From a virus (lineage: Duplodnaviria; Caudoviricetes), in the IMG/VR virus record IMGVR_UViG_3300017777_003156, positions 1 through 39,941 of that record: a DNA stretch of 39,941 nt; one strand, 5' to 3'. The notes beneath the pieces were generated by a model. The model saw only the letters and a list, made by a program, of their open reading frames with translations, did not search any database and had not been told where the DNA came from. The translations under genes were made by a program, and so were the position numbers. Shown piece after piece: positions 25,109 through 34,033 of this stretch; position 1 is the stretch's first letter; each line of letters opens with the position of its first letter.

Positions 25109-28100
25109 TGGCCGATGAAATCAAAGCCTCCCCGCAGGGGGCGCTCGCCGGGTTTTTGGGCTCGCTGGGGCAGACCGCCTACCGAGCGGGTCGGGGTATG
25201 GACGAGGGTATGCAGCCCCTCCGAGCTAACCATCCCGTAAAGACCACGCTGGCCGAGTTCCTGCTCGCTTCGCCGCTGCGCTCGGCGGGTAACGCGCTGC
25301 AGGACTGGACGGGCACCCCGAGGTACATCACCCCTGAGGAGCCGTACGCCAGGCTGTTGAGCGGGAAAGGTATGACCACGCGGCTCGACCCGAGGGTGCT
25401 GGACGTGGCGGAGTTCGCGTATCCAGTGGCCGGGCGGTTGATGGGCACGATACGGGGGTTGCCCGCCGCGTTAAAGGACGCCGCCCTGGCCGCGTACGGG
25501 CCAATGGCCACCGCGAGCTACGCGATTAAACCCAAGGGCGGCAACTGGCTACCCGAAGGCACGAAGGCTCTTGAAAGTTTGAAACCTCACCGATATGCCG
25601 CTGATGACAAGAAGATGTTTGAGGCAGAGTTGGCTGACTTGATGGAGCAGGAGGCCCGAACTCCGGGGCGTAATGCTGCTCGTATTCCGGTGGTTCAGGG
25701 ATCTATTGCCGAGATAAACCGCCACATTGAATTCAACAATTGGATTGACAAACAGCTAACCCGCTACGTCAAGAACGACATGGCCACGCCGGAAGACCCA
25801 ATCAGGGCGTTGGCGGAGAAGGGGACGCTCCACTTCGACGCGCCGCAAGTGAATACCTACCAAGCGGGTCGGGATATGAAGCGTCAAGAATTTGCTGCTG
25901 GCAATGATGGAAAATGGGGATATGGAACAAGCCGGTTAGCGCAGAACTGGGAAGACGCCGCTGATGCAATCATTAACAAAGTTCCTGCGGAAAGGTATCA
26001 AAAGCAACAATTCAATCGCTTTGATATGACCAATGAGCCGGGATGGGAGTTCATTAATAAAATTTCTCCAGACACTCCGTTGTATGGAATCAACAATCCC
26101 TCCAGCGTTTTCGGTAACTCTATTGATTCGTTGGGATTCCCCCATCTGATTGACGAACTCCGCAACGCAACCAATCCTGCGTCTGGCCTGCCGCGAGAAC
26201 TGATGCTAAAACCTGAGTCGTTGAGCAAGCTGTCTGTGCCGCAAGCTGTTGAGCGGGTGGCTAAGATCAACGAGTGGCGTGCGGCGCAGATGGAGGTTGC
26301 AAAAAAGGCATCGAGAGAAGGGATTCCTGTTCACAAGGAATATCCCGAGGGATATAAGTGGATGGCTTCCCCAGATACCGTTGCCGATGCAAAAGCTCTT
26401 CAGTACATCCAAGACGTTGGATGCGAAGGTGGTTGGTGTACGCAGGGTGAAAACTTAGCCAAACAATATGGCGGCGAAGGAAATCAACTGTATGTGCTTC
26501 ACGACCCTAGTGGTAAAGCTGTAACACAGATATCGGTAGAGAAAAATCAAAATCCTTATCCCGTAAGCGGAGAGGCATTTGCCCGGTTGACTGGTCCGGA
26601 GAAAGCCGAATATCGGGAACACGTTATGCAATGGCGCAGGCGTAATCCTGACGTTGATGAATTGACAGATGAACATACGGCTCAAGCCTTGAAAGAAGCT
26701 GGAGTTCAACCGCAACCAGATCGTATCGTTGAAATCAAAGGCAAGCAAAACCGCGCCCCCAACGAGGAGTACCTGCCCTACGTGCAGGACTTTGTGCGGT
26801 CAGGCAAGTGGAGCGGTGTGGGTGACCCCGAAAATGCTGGGCTGCGTCGCTATTGGGATGTATTCAACGTCAACGAACAACGCGGTATTGAGGCTGCTGG
26901 AGAGGCTGTGCCTGAGCATGACTGGCTTACGGGGGAAGAAATCCAACGGCTGCACAATGCAATCTACCCCGAAGGCCAGCGCCTGACGTACGGCGCTCGG
27001 GGGAATATCGTCGACAACGGCCTGAAGCGAGGGGGGCTTGTAACGCAGGCTGAGATTGATGCTGCTTCAAAACCATACATGATGCCAGTCCCTAAACGCC
27101 GTGGATCCATTGATCTCAGTGGAGCAAAGGCTGCTGGGACAATGCTCTCAGGGATGGCTGCGTCTATTCCTGCTGGTTATGCCGGTGCGCTTGAGTTATT
27201 GCGTACTCGTGATCCGAAGATGGCGGCAGACGCTTCAGAGGCCATGCAGGAACGTTATATGTCTATCCCTGACGACCCGAGAACTATTGAAAAGGTTGAA
27301 GGGCTGGCTAAATATTTAGAGCCATTGAGCGTACCCGCTCAATATATAGGGGAGAAAGCATTACGACTATTCGGAGACCCGTTGGCGGCAACGGCTGCTG
27401 AAATGGTGCTGGATCCATTGAACTATCTTCCAGCTATTGGCAAGGCTCCTGCTGCGGCTAAGGCTGTGGGCAGGGCGGTATCAAAAATTGCCAACGCAGA
27501 ACTGGCGGGGAGATCAGGCCTGAGCGGTCAGCGGGGCGCGATCACATATCACGGCTCCCCGCATCTACTACCGCCCACCGCTAAGAACCCGCTGGGCGAG
27601 TTCGACCCGACGAAGATCGGAACCGGGCAGGGGGCGCAAACTTACGGGCATGGTCTGTATGTAGCAGAAAACCCAAAGGTGGCTGACCGCTTAGAATATA
27701 GAGATCCACACGGGCTATATGCTAGAATCACAGGAGATATGAATAATCGGGAAGAGTTCGCCCATGACATGCTTTCTCAAGGCAGAAAACCAGCTGACGT
27801 TTTTCAAATGATGAAACAAAAATATGGGCAGTTTTTCAATGACCGTATGCTTTGGGCTGATTTAGACAAAGTTTCTCCTAAGGGCAACCTTTACAAAGTA
27901 GATCTACCTGATGAACACATAGCCAGGATGTTGGATTGGGACAATACGCTGAGTGAACAGCACCCCCACATTCAAGATATTATAAATAAAATAGCTGACG
28001 CCGATTCAGCGCGGTATGGTGAAGGCGGGGGTATGGATTACTACCGAGGCGATCCTGATAGCCACAGCGGAGAAAGCATCTATCGTTATTTACAAGAGCA

Positions 28101-28431
28101 AAACGATACCCCAAAACAAGCCTCCGAGTTTCTTCGCCAAAAAGGAATCCCAGGCCTCAAGTACCTAGACGCGGGCTCTCGCGAGGCTGGGGAAGGAACC
28201 CGAAATTTTGTTGTCTTCCCAGGCAGTGAAAGCCTTATGAACATCCTTGAGCGCAACGGGGTGACTGCAGAAAGTTTGAGAAACTCAGCCCCGTCCACCC
28301 GGATGCCCGAGAAAATTGTTGGAGCATACTATGACGCTGAAAAATTTGCCTCCGGAGGCTTAGTAGAGTATCATCCGCTGGACGTGGACGCTCGCGTTGA
28401 CGAACTGAAGAGAGAACTATTCAATGGCTGA
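25108..28431 (+). CDS. Large polyvalent-type protein: PcfJ/GNAT-like domain plus ART-like domain, each followed by an xxGG tag
   Basis: G..GGWC..LY.L.D..G....I.V...I.EIKGKQN..P..YLPYVQDFV; YHGSPH..FD..IGTGQGAQTYGHGLY..GIPGLKYLD..NFVVF; LKRGGLV and FASGGLV tags. Confidence 0.65.
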   Translation: MADEIKASPQGALAGFLGSLGQTAYRAGRGMDEGMQPLRANHPVKTTLAEFLLASPLRSAGNALQDWTGTPRYITPEEPYARLLSGKGMTTRLDPRVLDVAEFAYPVAGRLMGTIRGLPAALKDAALAAYGPMATASYAIKPKGGNWLPEGTKALESLKPHRYAADDKKMFEAELADLMEQEARTPGRNAARIPVVQGSIAEINRHIEFNNWIDKQLTRYVKNDMATPEDPIRALAEKGTLHFDAPQVNTYQAGRDMKRQEFAAGNDGKWGYGTSRLAQNWEDAADAIINKVPAERYQKQQFNRFDMTNEPGWEFINKISPDTPLYGINNPSSVFGNSIDSLGFPHLIDELRNATNPASGLPRELMLKPESLSKLSVPQAVERVAKINEWRAAQMEVAKKASREGIPVHKEYPEGYKWMASPDTVADAKALQYIQDVGCEGGWCTQGENLAKQYGGEGNQLYVLHDPSGKAVTQISVEKNQNPYPVSGEAFARLTGPEKAEYREHVMQWRRRNPDVDELTDEHTAQALKEAGVQPQPDRIVEIKGKQNRAPNEEYLPYVQDFVRSGKWSGVGDPENAGLRRYWDVFNVNEQRGIEAAGEAVPEHDWLTGEEIQRLHNAIYPEGQRLTYGARGNIVDNGLKRGGLVTQAEIDAASKPYMMPVPKRRGSIDLSGAKAAGTMLSGMAASIPAGYAGALELLRTRDPKMAADASEAMQERYMSIPDDPRTIEKVEGLAKYLEPLSVPAQYIGEKALRLFGDPLAATAAEMVLDPLNYLPAIGKAPAAAKAVGRAVSKIANAELAGRSGLSGQRGAITYHGSPHLLPPTAKNPLGEFDPTKIGTGQGAQTYGHGLYVAENPKVADRLEYRDPHGLYARITGDMNNREEFAHDMLSQGRKPADVFQMMKQKYGQFFNDRMLWADLDKVSPKGNLYKVDLPDEHIARMLDWDNTLSEQHPHIQDIINKIADADSARYGEGGGMDYYRGDPDSHSGESIYRYLQEQNDTPKQASEFLRQKGIPGLKYLDAGSREAGEGTRNFVVFPGSESLMNILERNGVTAESLRNSAPSTRMPEKIVGAYYDAEKFASGGLVEYHPLDVDARVDELKRELFNG

Positions 28432-30985
28432 TCAAAACAACGAGCTGCAAGATGATGACGATCCGGTCCTAGCCCAGGCCCGCGCCGAGGGCAAGAAGGC
28501 CCGTCGCCCCAAAGTAGACGAGGATGACGATGAAGGCGAGACCGTTCAACTGGACATGTTCGGCGAGGGCGAAGAGGCCGAAGTCGAGGACACCGAGGAC
28601 GGTGGGGCTATAGTCCGGCTGCAGGGCGAGGAGCGCAAGGCGAAGATGCTGGAGCACTTCGCCAACATCATTGACGACATTCCCCCCTCGGCGCTGACCA
28701 AGGTTATCTCCGACCTCGTGACCAAGCTCGAGCGCGACAAGGAGGCCCGCGCCAAGCGCGACAAGCTGTACGAAGAGGGCTTGCGGCGCACCGGGCTAGG
28801 GGACGACGCCCCGGGCGGTGCCCAATTCACGGGCGCTAACAAAGTCGTCCACCCGATGCTCATCGAGGCGTGTGTTGACTTCTCGGCTCGGGTGATGAAA
28901 GAGCTCTTCCCCGCCAACGGCCCGGTTAAGAGCAAGGTGCACGGTATATCCGACAAAAAGAAACTCGAGAAGGCTCAGCGCAAGGCCGAGTTCATGAATT
29001 GGCAGACCACCGAGCAGATGCCCGAATTCCGAGGCGAACTCGAGCAACTGAGCACGCAGCTCCCGTTGGGCGGGGGGCAGTACCTGAAGATGAATTGGTC
29101 CAAGCAATCCCAGCGCCCGGCGGTGGAGTTCGTGGCCATTGACGATATACTGCTGCCGTTTGCCGCCACCAACTTCTACACAGCCGAGCGCAAAACCCAC
29201 GTCCAGTACATCACCGAGCAGGAGTACCGCGCCCGCATCAAGGCCGGCATGTACATCGACGTAGACCTGCCCTCGCCGGAGGAACCCGAGTTCAGCAAGG
29301 CTGAGCAGGCTAACATGAAGATTGAGGGCAAAGAGGCCTCGAGCTACAATGAGGACGGCCTACGGACCATCTTCGAGATTAGCTGCCTGCTCGACATCGA
29401 GGAGGAAGACGATTTCAAGCCCTACATGTTGACCGTGGACAAGACCACCTCGCGGGGGCTTAGTTTGTATCGCAACTGGGAAGAGGACGACAAGCTCACC
29501 CGCGAGCTGGATTGGATTGTTGAGTTCCCGTTCGTGCCCTGGCGGGGGGCGTACCCCATAGGGCTGACCCACATGATTGGGGGGTTGAGTGGGGCGGCTA
29601 CCGGGTCGCTCCGGGCGCTGCTCGACTCCGCCCACATTCAGAACATCCCCACCCTGCTCAAACTCAAGGGCGGGCCTAACGGTCAGACCCTGAACCTGCA
29701 GCCCACCGAGGTGGCCGAGATTGAGGGCGGGGCGATGGTGGATGACATCCGCAAACTCATCATGGCGGTGCCGTTCAATGGCCCCAGCCCGACGCTGTTC
29801 CAGCTGCTAGGGTTCCTGGTAGACGCGGGCAAGGGTGTGGTGCAGACCTCGTTCGAGAAGCTCTCCGAGAGCAACCCTAACATGCCCGTCGGCACCACGG
29901 TGGCGTTGATCGAGCAGGGTATGGTGGTGTACAGCTCGATCTTCGCCCGCATGCACAATTCAATGGGGCGGGTGTTCAAGATTCTGCACCGCATCAATTC
30001 GGCCTACCTGACCGAGGAGATTTTAGAGGCTCAGTGCTCGCACTTAGACGTCGAGCCTGAGGACTTTGACGCGCCGATGGACGTAGTGCCGGTGAGCGAC
30101 CCCGCCATATTCAGCGAGACTCAGCGGTTCGCGCAAGTGCAGGCCATACTGCAGCGGTCGGCGGTAGCGCCACAGATGTACGACCCGCGCAAGGTGGAGG
30201 AGATGTTCCTCCGCGCCATGAAGGTCAGCGACGACGTGTTGCAGCCCGCGCAGGGCAAAGAGGACATGGACCCGGTGAGCGAGAACGTAGCGGCGAGCAT
30301 GTCCCGCCCCATCTACGTTCTGCCCAAACAGGACCACATGGCCCACATCCGTGTGCATATGCAGTTCCTTGAGTCGCCCGTGTTCGGTCAGAACCCGATT
30401 ATCATAAGGCAGTTCCTCTATCCGATGAGCGGACACCTCCGGGACCACCTGCTCAATTACTACCTCACCGAAGCCCACCGCGTCGTGGAGGAAGGCACCC
30501 AGGAGGGTCTGATACCGGAAGATGCGATGGTTCAGGCGCAGGTTATTCAGCGCACTCAGATGTTCCTCGAGCAGCGGCTCGGCCAGTTCGCGCAGAAGCT
30601 GGCCGCTATCGACCAGGCCGCTCAACAGTTCCGCCCCCAACCGCCTATGCCCCCCGACAGCTCTATGCAGATAGCGCAGTTGGGCGCTCAGCTCAAGGGC
30701 CAGGAGTTGGCTCAGCGTCAACAGTCCGAGCAGCAGAAGCTCGGCTTCCAGCAACAGTCCGAGCAACAGAAACTGGCCGACGCCGAGCGCGACCGCCAGG
30801 CCGAGCTGGAGCGCGAGAAGCTACGGCAGGACGCCGAGAACGCTCGCACTACCCAGACCGACACCATACGCTACCGTATGAACGTCGAGGACAACCAGAC
30901 CGCCCTCCAGCTCGCCGAGCTAGAGGTAGCGACCGGGGAGAAGTTTTCCGTAAGCACAGGCACCGGTATAAACCCCGGAGTCTGA
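28424..30985 (+). CDS. Portal protein
   Basis: 853 aa; HFANI, VVHPMLIEACVDF.AR..KELFPA.GPVK, YPIGL.H.IGGL..AAT..LRALLD, PVGTT.AL.EQG; Gln-rich coiled C-terminus; precedes the head genes. Confidence 0.85.
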   Translation: MADQNNELQDDDDPVLAQARAEGKKARRPKVDEDDDEGETVQLDMFGEGEEAEVEDTEDGGAIVRLQGEERKAKMLEHFANIIDDIPPSALTKVISDLVTKLERDKEARAKRDKLYEEGLRRTGLGDDAPGGAQFTGANKVVHPMLIEACVDFSARVMKELFPANGPVKSKVHGISDKKKLEKAQRKAEFMNWQTTEQMPEFRGELEQLSTQLPLGGGQYLKMNWSKQSQRPAVEFVAIDDILLPFAATNFYTAERKTHVQYITEQEYRARIKAGMYIDVDLPSPEEPEFSKAEQANMKIEGKEASSYNEDGLRTIFEISCLLDIEEEDDFKPYMLTVDKTTSRGLSLYRNWEEDDKLTRELDWIVEFPFVPWRGAYPIGLTHMIGGLSGAATGSLRALLDSAHIQNIPTLLKLKGGPNGQTLNLQPTEVAEIEGGAMVDDIRKLIMAVPFNGPSPTLFQLLGFLVDAGKGVVQTSFEKLSESNPNMPVGTTVALIEQGMVVYSSIFARMHNSMGRVFKILHRINSAYLTEEILEAQCSHLDVEPEDFDAPMDVVPVSDPAIFSETQRFAQVQAILQRSAVAPQMYDPRKVEEMFLRAMKVSDDVLQPAQGKEDMDPVSENVAASMSRPIYVLPKQDHMAHIRVHMQFLESPVFGQNPIIIRQFLYPMSGHLRDHLLNYYLTEAHRVVEEGTQEGLIPEDAMVQAQVIQRTQMFLEQRLGQFAQKLAAIDQAAQQFRPQPPMPPDSSMQIAQLGAQLKGQELAQRQQSEQQKLGFQQQSEQQKLADAERDRQAELEREKLRQDAENARTTQTDTIRYRMNVEDNQTALQLAELEVATGEKFSVSTGTGINPGV

Positions 30986-31007
30986 TTAACCCGAAAGGAG
31001 CAGTGAG

Positions 31008-31169
31008 ATGAAAAACGACAAACCTAAGCAGTCCGCCGTGAGCGAGATGGCCAGCCCCAAGGTCAACATGCATAAGCGCCTGGCGATGGGCGAGAACCTG
31101 GACGGTATGTCCCTGCAGTCCAAGGGCAGCAAAGCCCCCGCGAGTAAGAGTAAACCCACCCCCGCATGA
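31008..31169 (+). CDS. Small basic hypothetical protein (MKNDKPKQ...HKRLAMGE...)
   Basis: Own translation, 53 aa; AAGGAG RBS; stop overlaps the next ATG. Confidence 0.6.
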   Translation: MKNDKPKQSAVSEMASPKVNMHKRLAMGENLDGMSLQSKGSKAPASKSKPTPA

Positions 31170-31360
31170 TCGACTCCCGAGACATCGCACGGCTGAAAGC
31201 GGCTCAGGCCGCGTTCGTCTCCGAGGCGTTGAACCGCCCCCAGGAGAAGGACGCCTTTGAGTACGGGTTCCGTTGTGGGGTGAACGAGGGCTACAACCTG
31301 GCTCTTAAGGAGCTCCTGAAACTCAACGAAGAGGAAATGAAAAGCGATGACAAACTCTGA
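31166..31360 (+). CDS. Hypothetical head-module protein
   Basis: 64 aa, DAFEYGFRCG..EGY..AL; lies between portal and GroES. Confidence 0.7.
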   Translation: MIDSRDIARLKAAQAAFVSEALNRPQEKDAFEYGFRCGVNEGYNLALKELLKLNEEEMKSDDKL

Positions 31361-31757
31361 CAAAGAGAACGCACTGGCGGAGGCTTTCCCGGCGGTAGAC
31401 GCAGGGGTGCAGCCTTTCGGTAGCCGTGTTCTGGTGCAGATTCGACAGCCCAAGCGCAAGAGCGCCGGGGGAATACTGCTCGACTCGGGGACGCAAGATA
31501 CCGAGAAGTGGAACACCCAGGCCGCCAAGGTCGTGAGCATGGGGCCGCTGGCCTTCAAGAACCGCAACACCATGGAGTCGTGGCCCGAGGGCACGTGGTG
31601 CGCGGCGGGGGAGTTTGTGCGGGTGCCCAAGTACGGCGGCGACCGCTGGGAAGTCAAGCTGGGCGGCGAGAACATCGCGCTGTTCGTTATTTTCAACGAT
31701 CTCGACATCATCGGTCGCGTTACCGGTGACCCGCTCGAGATGCGTGCTTTCATCTGA
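31347..31757 (+). CDS. groES: GroES-like co-chaperonin
   Basis: QPFGSRVLV, mobile loop KSAGGILL, KVVSMGP, GEFV..PKYGG and IFNDLDIIG motifs. Confidence 0.88.
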   Translation: MTNSDKENALAEAFPAVDAGVQPFGSRVLVQIRQPKRKSAGGILLDSGTQDTEKWNTQAAKVVSMGPLAFKNRNTMESWPEGTWCAAGEFVRVPKYGGDRWEVKLGGENIALFVIFNDLDIIGRVTGDPLEMRAFI

Positions 31758-31776
31758 CCCAAGGAGATGATCAATC

Positions 31777-32784
31777 ATGGCAGCTAAAGACCAATTGGTA
31801 GAAGACGACGAGAAACCCGGTACGGAGGAACTCATTATCACCGAGACCCCGCCAAGTGCAGCTGGGGGGGACGAGAAGGAGCCGAGTCAGCGCGGTGCCT
31901 CCGCTCAGGACGAAGCTGAAGACGACCACGACGAGGAGGACGAGCGCACGGCTCGTACGTCCGAAGACAGCACCGGCGACCCCGAGCGGGACGCTATTCG
32001 CGAACGTCGTCGAGTCGAGAAAGTCGAGCGCAAAGTACGGCGCGAGGAGGCTATTCGACGCGACAAGTTGGAGTTGGACTTTTTGCGCCGCCGCAACGAC
32101 GACCTCGAGCGCCGGGTGGGGAGCGTGGAGGCCGCTACGCAGAGCACCCAGCGGGCCACTCTCGAGCAACAGCTCAAAACCACGCAGGAGGAGATCCGTA
32201 TGGCCGAGAACGTCATCGCCAAGGCGGTGGCGGCGGGCAACGGCGAGGACGTCACGCAGGCTATGCGCTACCGTGACCAGGCTATCGGCAAGGCCAACCA
32301 GCTCGCGGCGGTACGCCACCAGGCCGAGCAGCGGGCTAAGGCACCCCCCGCCCCGGCTGAACAGGCTATCGACTCGCGCACCCTGGCCCACGCCCAGTCG
32401 TTCATTAACGAGAACACGTGGTACGACCCCCAAGGGCGTGACGAGGATTCAGCGGTAGTGTTGGCGTTGGATTCCACGTTAGCCCGCGAAGGCTTCGACC
32501 AGGCCAGCCCCGAGTACTGGAAAGAGCTGCGCACCCGCGTGGCTAAGCGCATGCCCGAACGGTTCGCCTCCGAGTCCCAGGCCGAAGAACGCAGGCCGCG
32601 TGGCGGACCGCAGCTCGGCTCCGGGCGTCAACACGCCCCCGAATCCACGCGCCGCGAGGTCTACATCAGTCCCGAGCGCAAACAGGCGTTGGTGGACGCC
32701 GGGGTGTGGGATGACCCCGTGTTGCGTCAGAAATACGTTAAGCGTTATTCCGAGTACGACCGTCAACAGAAAAGCAACGCGTAA
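31777..32784 (+). CDS. Putative capsid scaffolding protein
   Basis: Acidic N-terminus, long coiled coil, N.WY..EG.D..S.EYW.EL..R; position before the capsid genes. Confidence 0.7.
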   Translation: MAAKDQLVEDDEKPGTEELIITETPPSAAGGDEKEPSQRGASAQDEAEDDHDEEDERTARTSEDSTGDPERDAIRERRRVEKVERKVRREEAIRRDKLELDFLRRRNDDLERRVGSVEAATQSTQRATLEQQLKTTQEEIRMAENVIAKAVAAGNGEDVTQAMRYRDQAIGKANQLAAVRHQAEQRAKAPPAPAEQAIDSRTLAHAQSFINENTWYDPQGRDEDSAVVLALDSTLAREGFDQASPEYWKELRTRVAKRMPERFASESQAEERRPRGGPQLGSGRQHAPESTRREVYISPERKQALVDAGVWDDPVLRQKYVKRYSEYDRQQKSNA

Positions 32785-32792
32785 CTTTGAGC

Positions 32793-32821
32793 TTGCCTTT
32801 TCTAAAATTATGCCGTATAAT
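32793..32821 (+). promoter_or_regulatory. Sigma70-type promoter TTGCCT-N17-TATAAT
   Basis: -35 at 32793-32798, -10 at 32816-32821, upstream of the capsid operon. Confidence 0.75.
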
Positions 32822-32852
32822 CATTTTCATTCGCTGATAAGGAGCGATTAAC

Positions 32853-33386
32853 ATGTCCGACGAACGCTTGAAAAAAGACGTATCCGCTGAAACCCGAGGG
32901 AGCCGTGCAGCTGCTGACCGAGCCGCTACGCAGGACCGTGCTCTTTCCGATGACGAGCGGGTTGAAATGTTCAGGCAGCAGTTTTTTCAGTCTGCCCTTC
33001 CCGACTTACCGAAACTCCCCGGCTGGCATTGCTGCTGGCTGACCACCACCAACCCTCGCGATTCCGTCCAGATGCGTATACGTCTGGGCTACGAACCTAT
33101 CAAGCCGGAAGAAGTCCCCGGCTGGGAGTACGCCTCCATCAAAACTGGAGAGTGGACCGGGTTCATTGGCGTGAACGAGATGTTGGCTTTTAAGCTCCCG
33201 TTGTCGCTCTACGAGCGCTACATGACCGAGTCGCACCACGACGCGCCCATGAGGGAAGAAGAAAAGCTAGCCTCCGTGACCGATATGATTCGCGAACAGG
33301 CTGAACAAGCCGGGTCCAGGGTGATGCAGGGTGACGGAATGGCCGAGATAGGGAAACAGCGCCACGCTCAGTTCGAACTGAGTTGA
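32853..33386 (+). CDS. Head-module hypothetical protein
   Basis: 177 aa, LP..PGWH.CW..RLGYEP..IGVNEMLAFK; AAGGAG RBS. Confidence 0.75.
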   Translation: MSDERLKKDVSAETRGSRAAADRAATQDRALSDDERVEMFRQQFFQSALPDLPKLPGWHCCWLTTTNPRDSVQMRIRLGYEPIKPEEVPGWEYASIKTGEWTGFIGVNEMLAFKLPLSLYERYMTESHHDAPMREEEKLASVTDMIREQAEQAGSRVMQGDGMAEIGKQRHAQFELS

Positions 33387-33424
33387 GCGCACATTCAACC
33401 TAATCGGAAAAGGAGTACGCGACT

Positions 33425-34018
33425 ATGTCCTCGACTAGCGCCGCTTTTGGCTTCCGGGCTTCGTTCCACAACAGTGGACAGATGCGCCCCAAAGCCTACA
33501 CCATCGCCACCGGCTACGGCTACAACGTCTTCTCGGGTGACCCCGTCAAGCTCGTAGACGCTGGTACTGTCGAATTGGGCACCAGTGATGGTACTCGGAG
33601 CGGCACCGTGGGTGGGATTCTTCTGCTCGGCATCTTTGCCGGTGTGGAGTTCCTCGACTCTACGGGTAAACCGTCTATCTCGCCTTTTTGGACCGCCTCG
33701 ACCACTGCAACGGACGTTCGTTGCTATGTGTACGATGACCCGGAAATGCTGTTCGACGTTGAATACCCCAACCCTAGCCCTGCTACCACGGTGCAGACCG
33801 CAGTGGGCGAGGAGTGCGACTGGACGGTGGCTTCGCCGGGCGGTTCCACACGCACTGGACTCTCCAACACGTACCTGACCGTTATTCAGTCGACGTCTGG
33901 GCAGTTCCAAATCACGGGCTTCGGTTACGGAGCAGACAATTCACTCACTGACGCGTATGTTGTAGCTACTGTTCGGATCAACGAACATATCTACAAAGCA
34001 GCCGTCAACTCGATCTAA
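33425..34018 (+). CDS. Putative capsid decoration or minor capsid protein
   Basis: FGFR..Y.IA.GY..FSGDPVK..G.F.G..VYDDP..F; beta-rich; immediately before the major capsid gene. Confidence 0.65.
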   Translation: MSSTSAAFGFRASFHNSGQMRPKAYTIATGYGYNVFSGDPVKLVDAGTVELGTSDGTRSGTVGGILLLGIFAGVEFLDSTGKPSISPFWTASTTATDVRCYVYDDPEMLFDVEYPNPSPATTVQTAVGEECDWTVASPGGSTRTGLSNTYLTVIQSTSGQFQITGFGYGADNSLTDAYVVATVRINEHIYKAAVNSI

Positions 34019-34033
34019 AAGGAGGGCTGAAAA

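Noticed and set aside
25528-25551. KPKGGNW in the 1107-aa protein as another xxGG tag
   Set aside because: It has Pro at position 2 and lacks the small aliphatic residue two positions after GG. It lies at a leader-domain boundary, so it stays ambiguous and was not counted.
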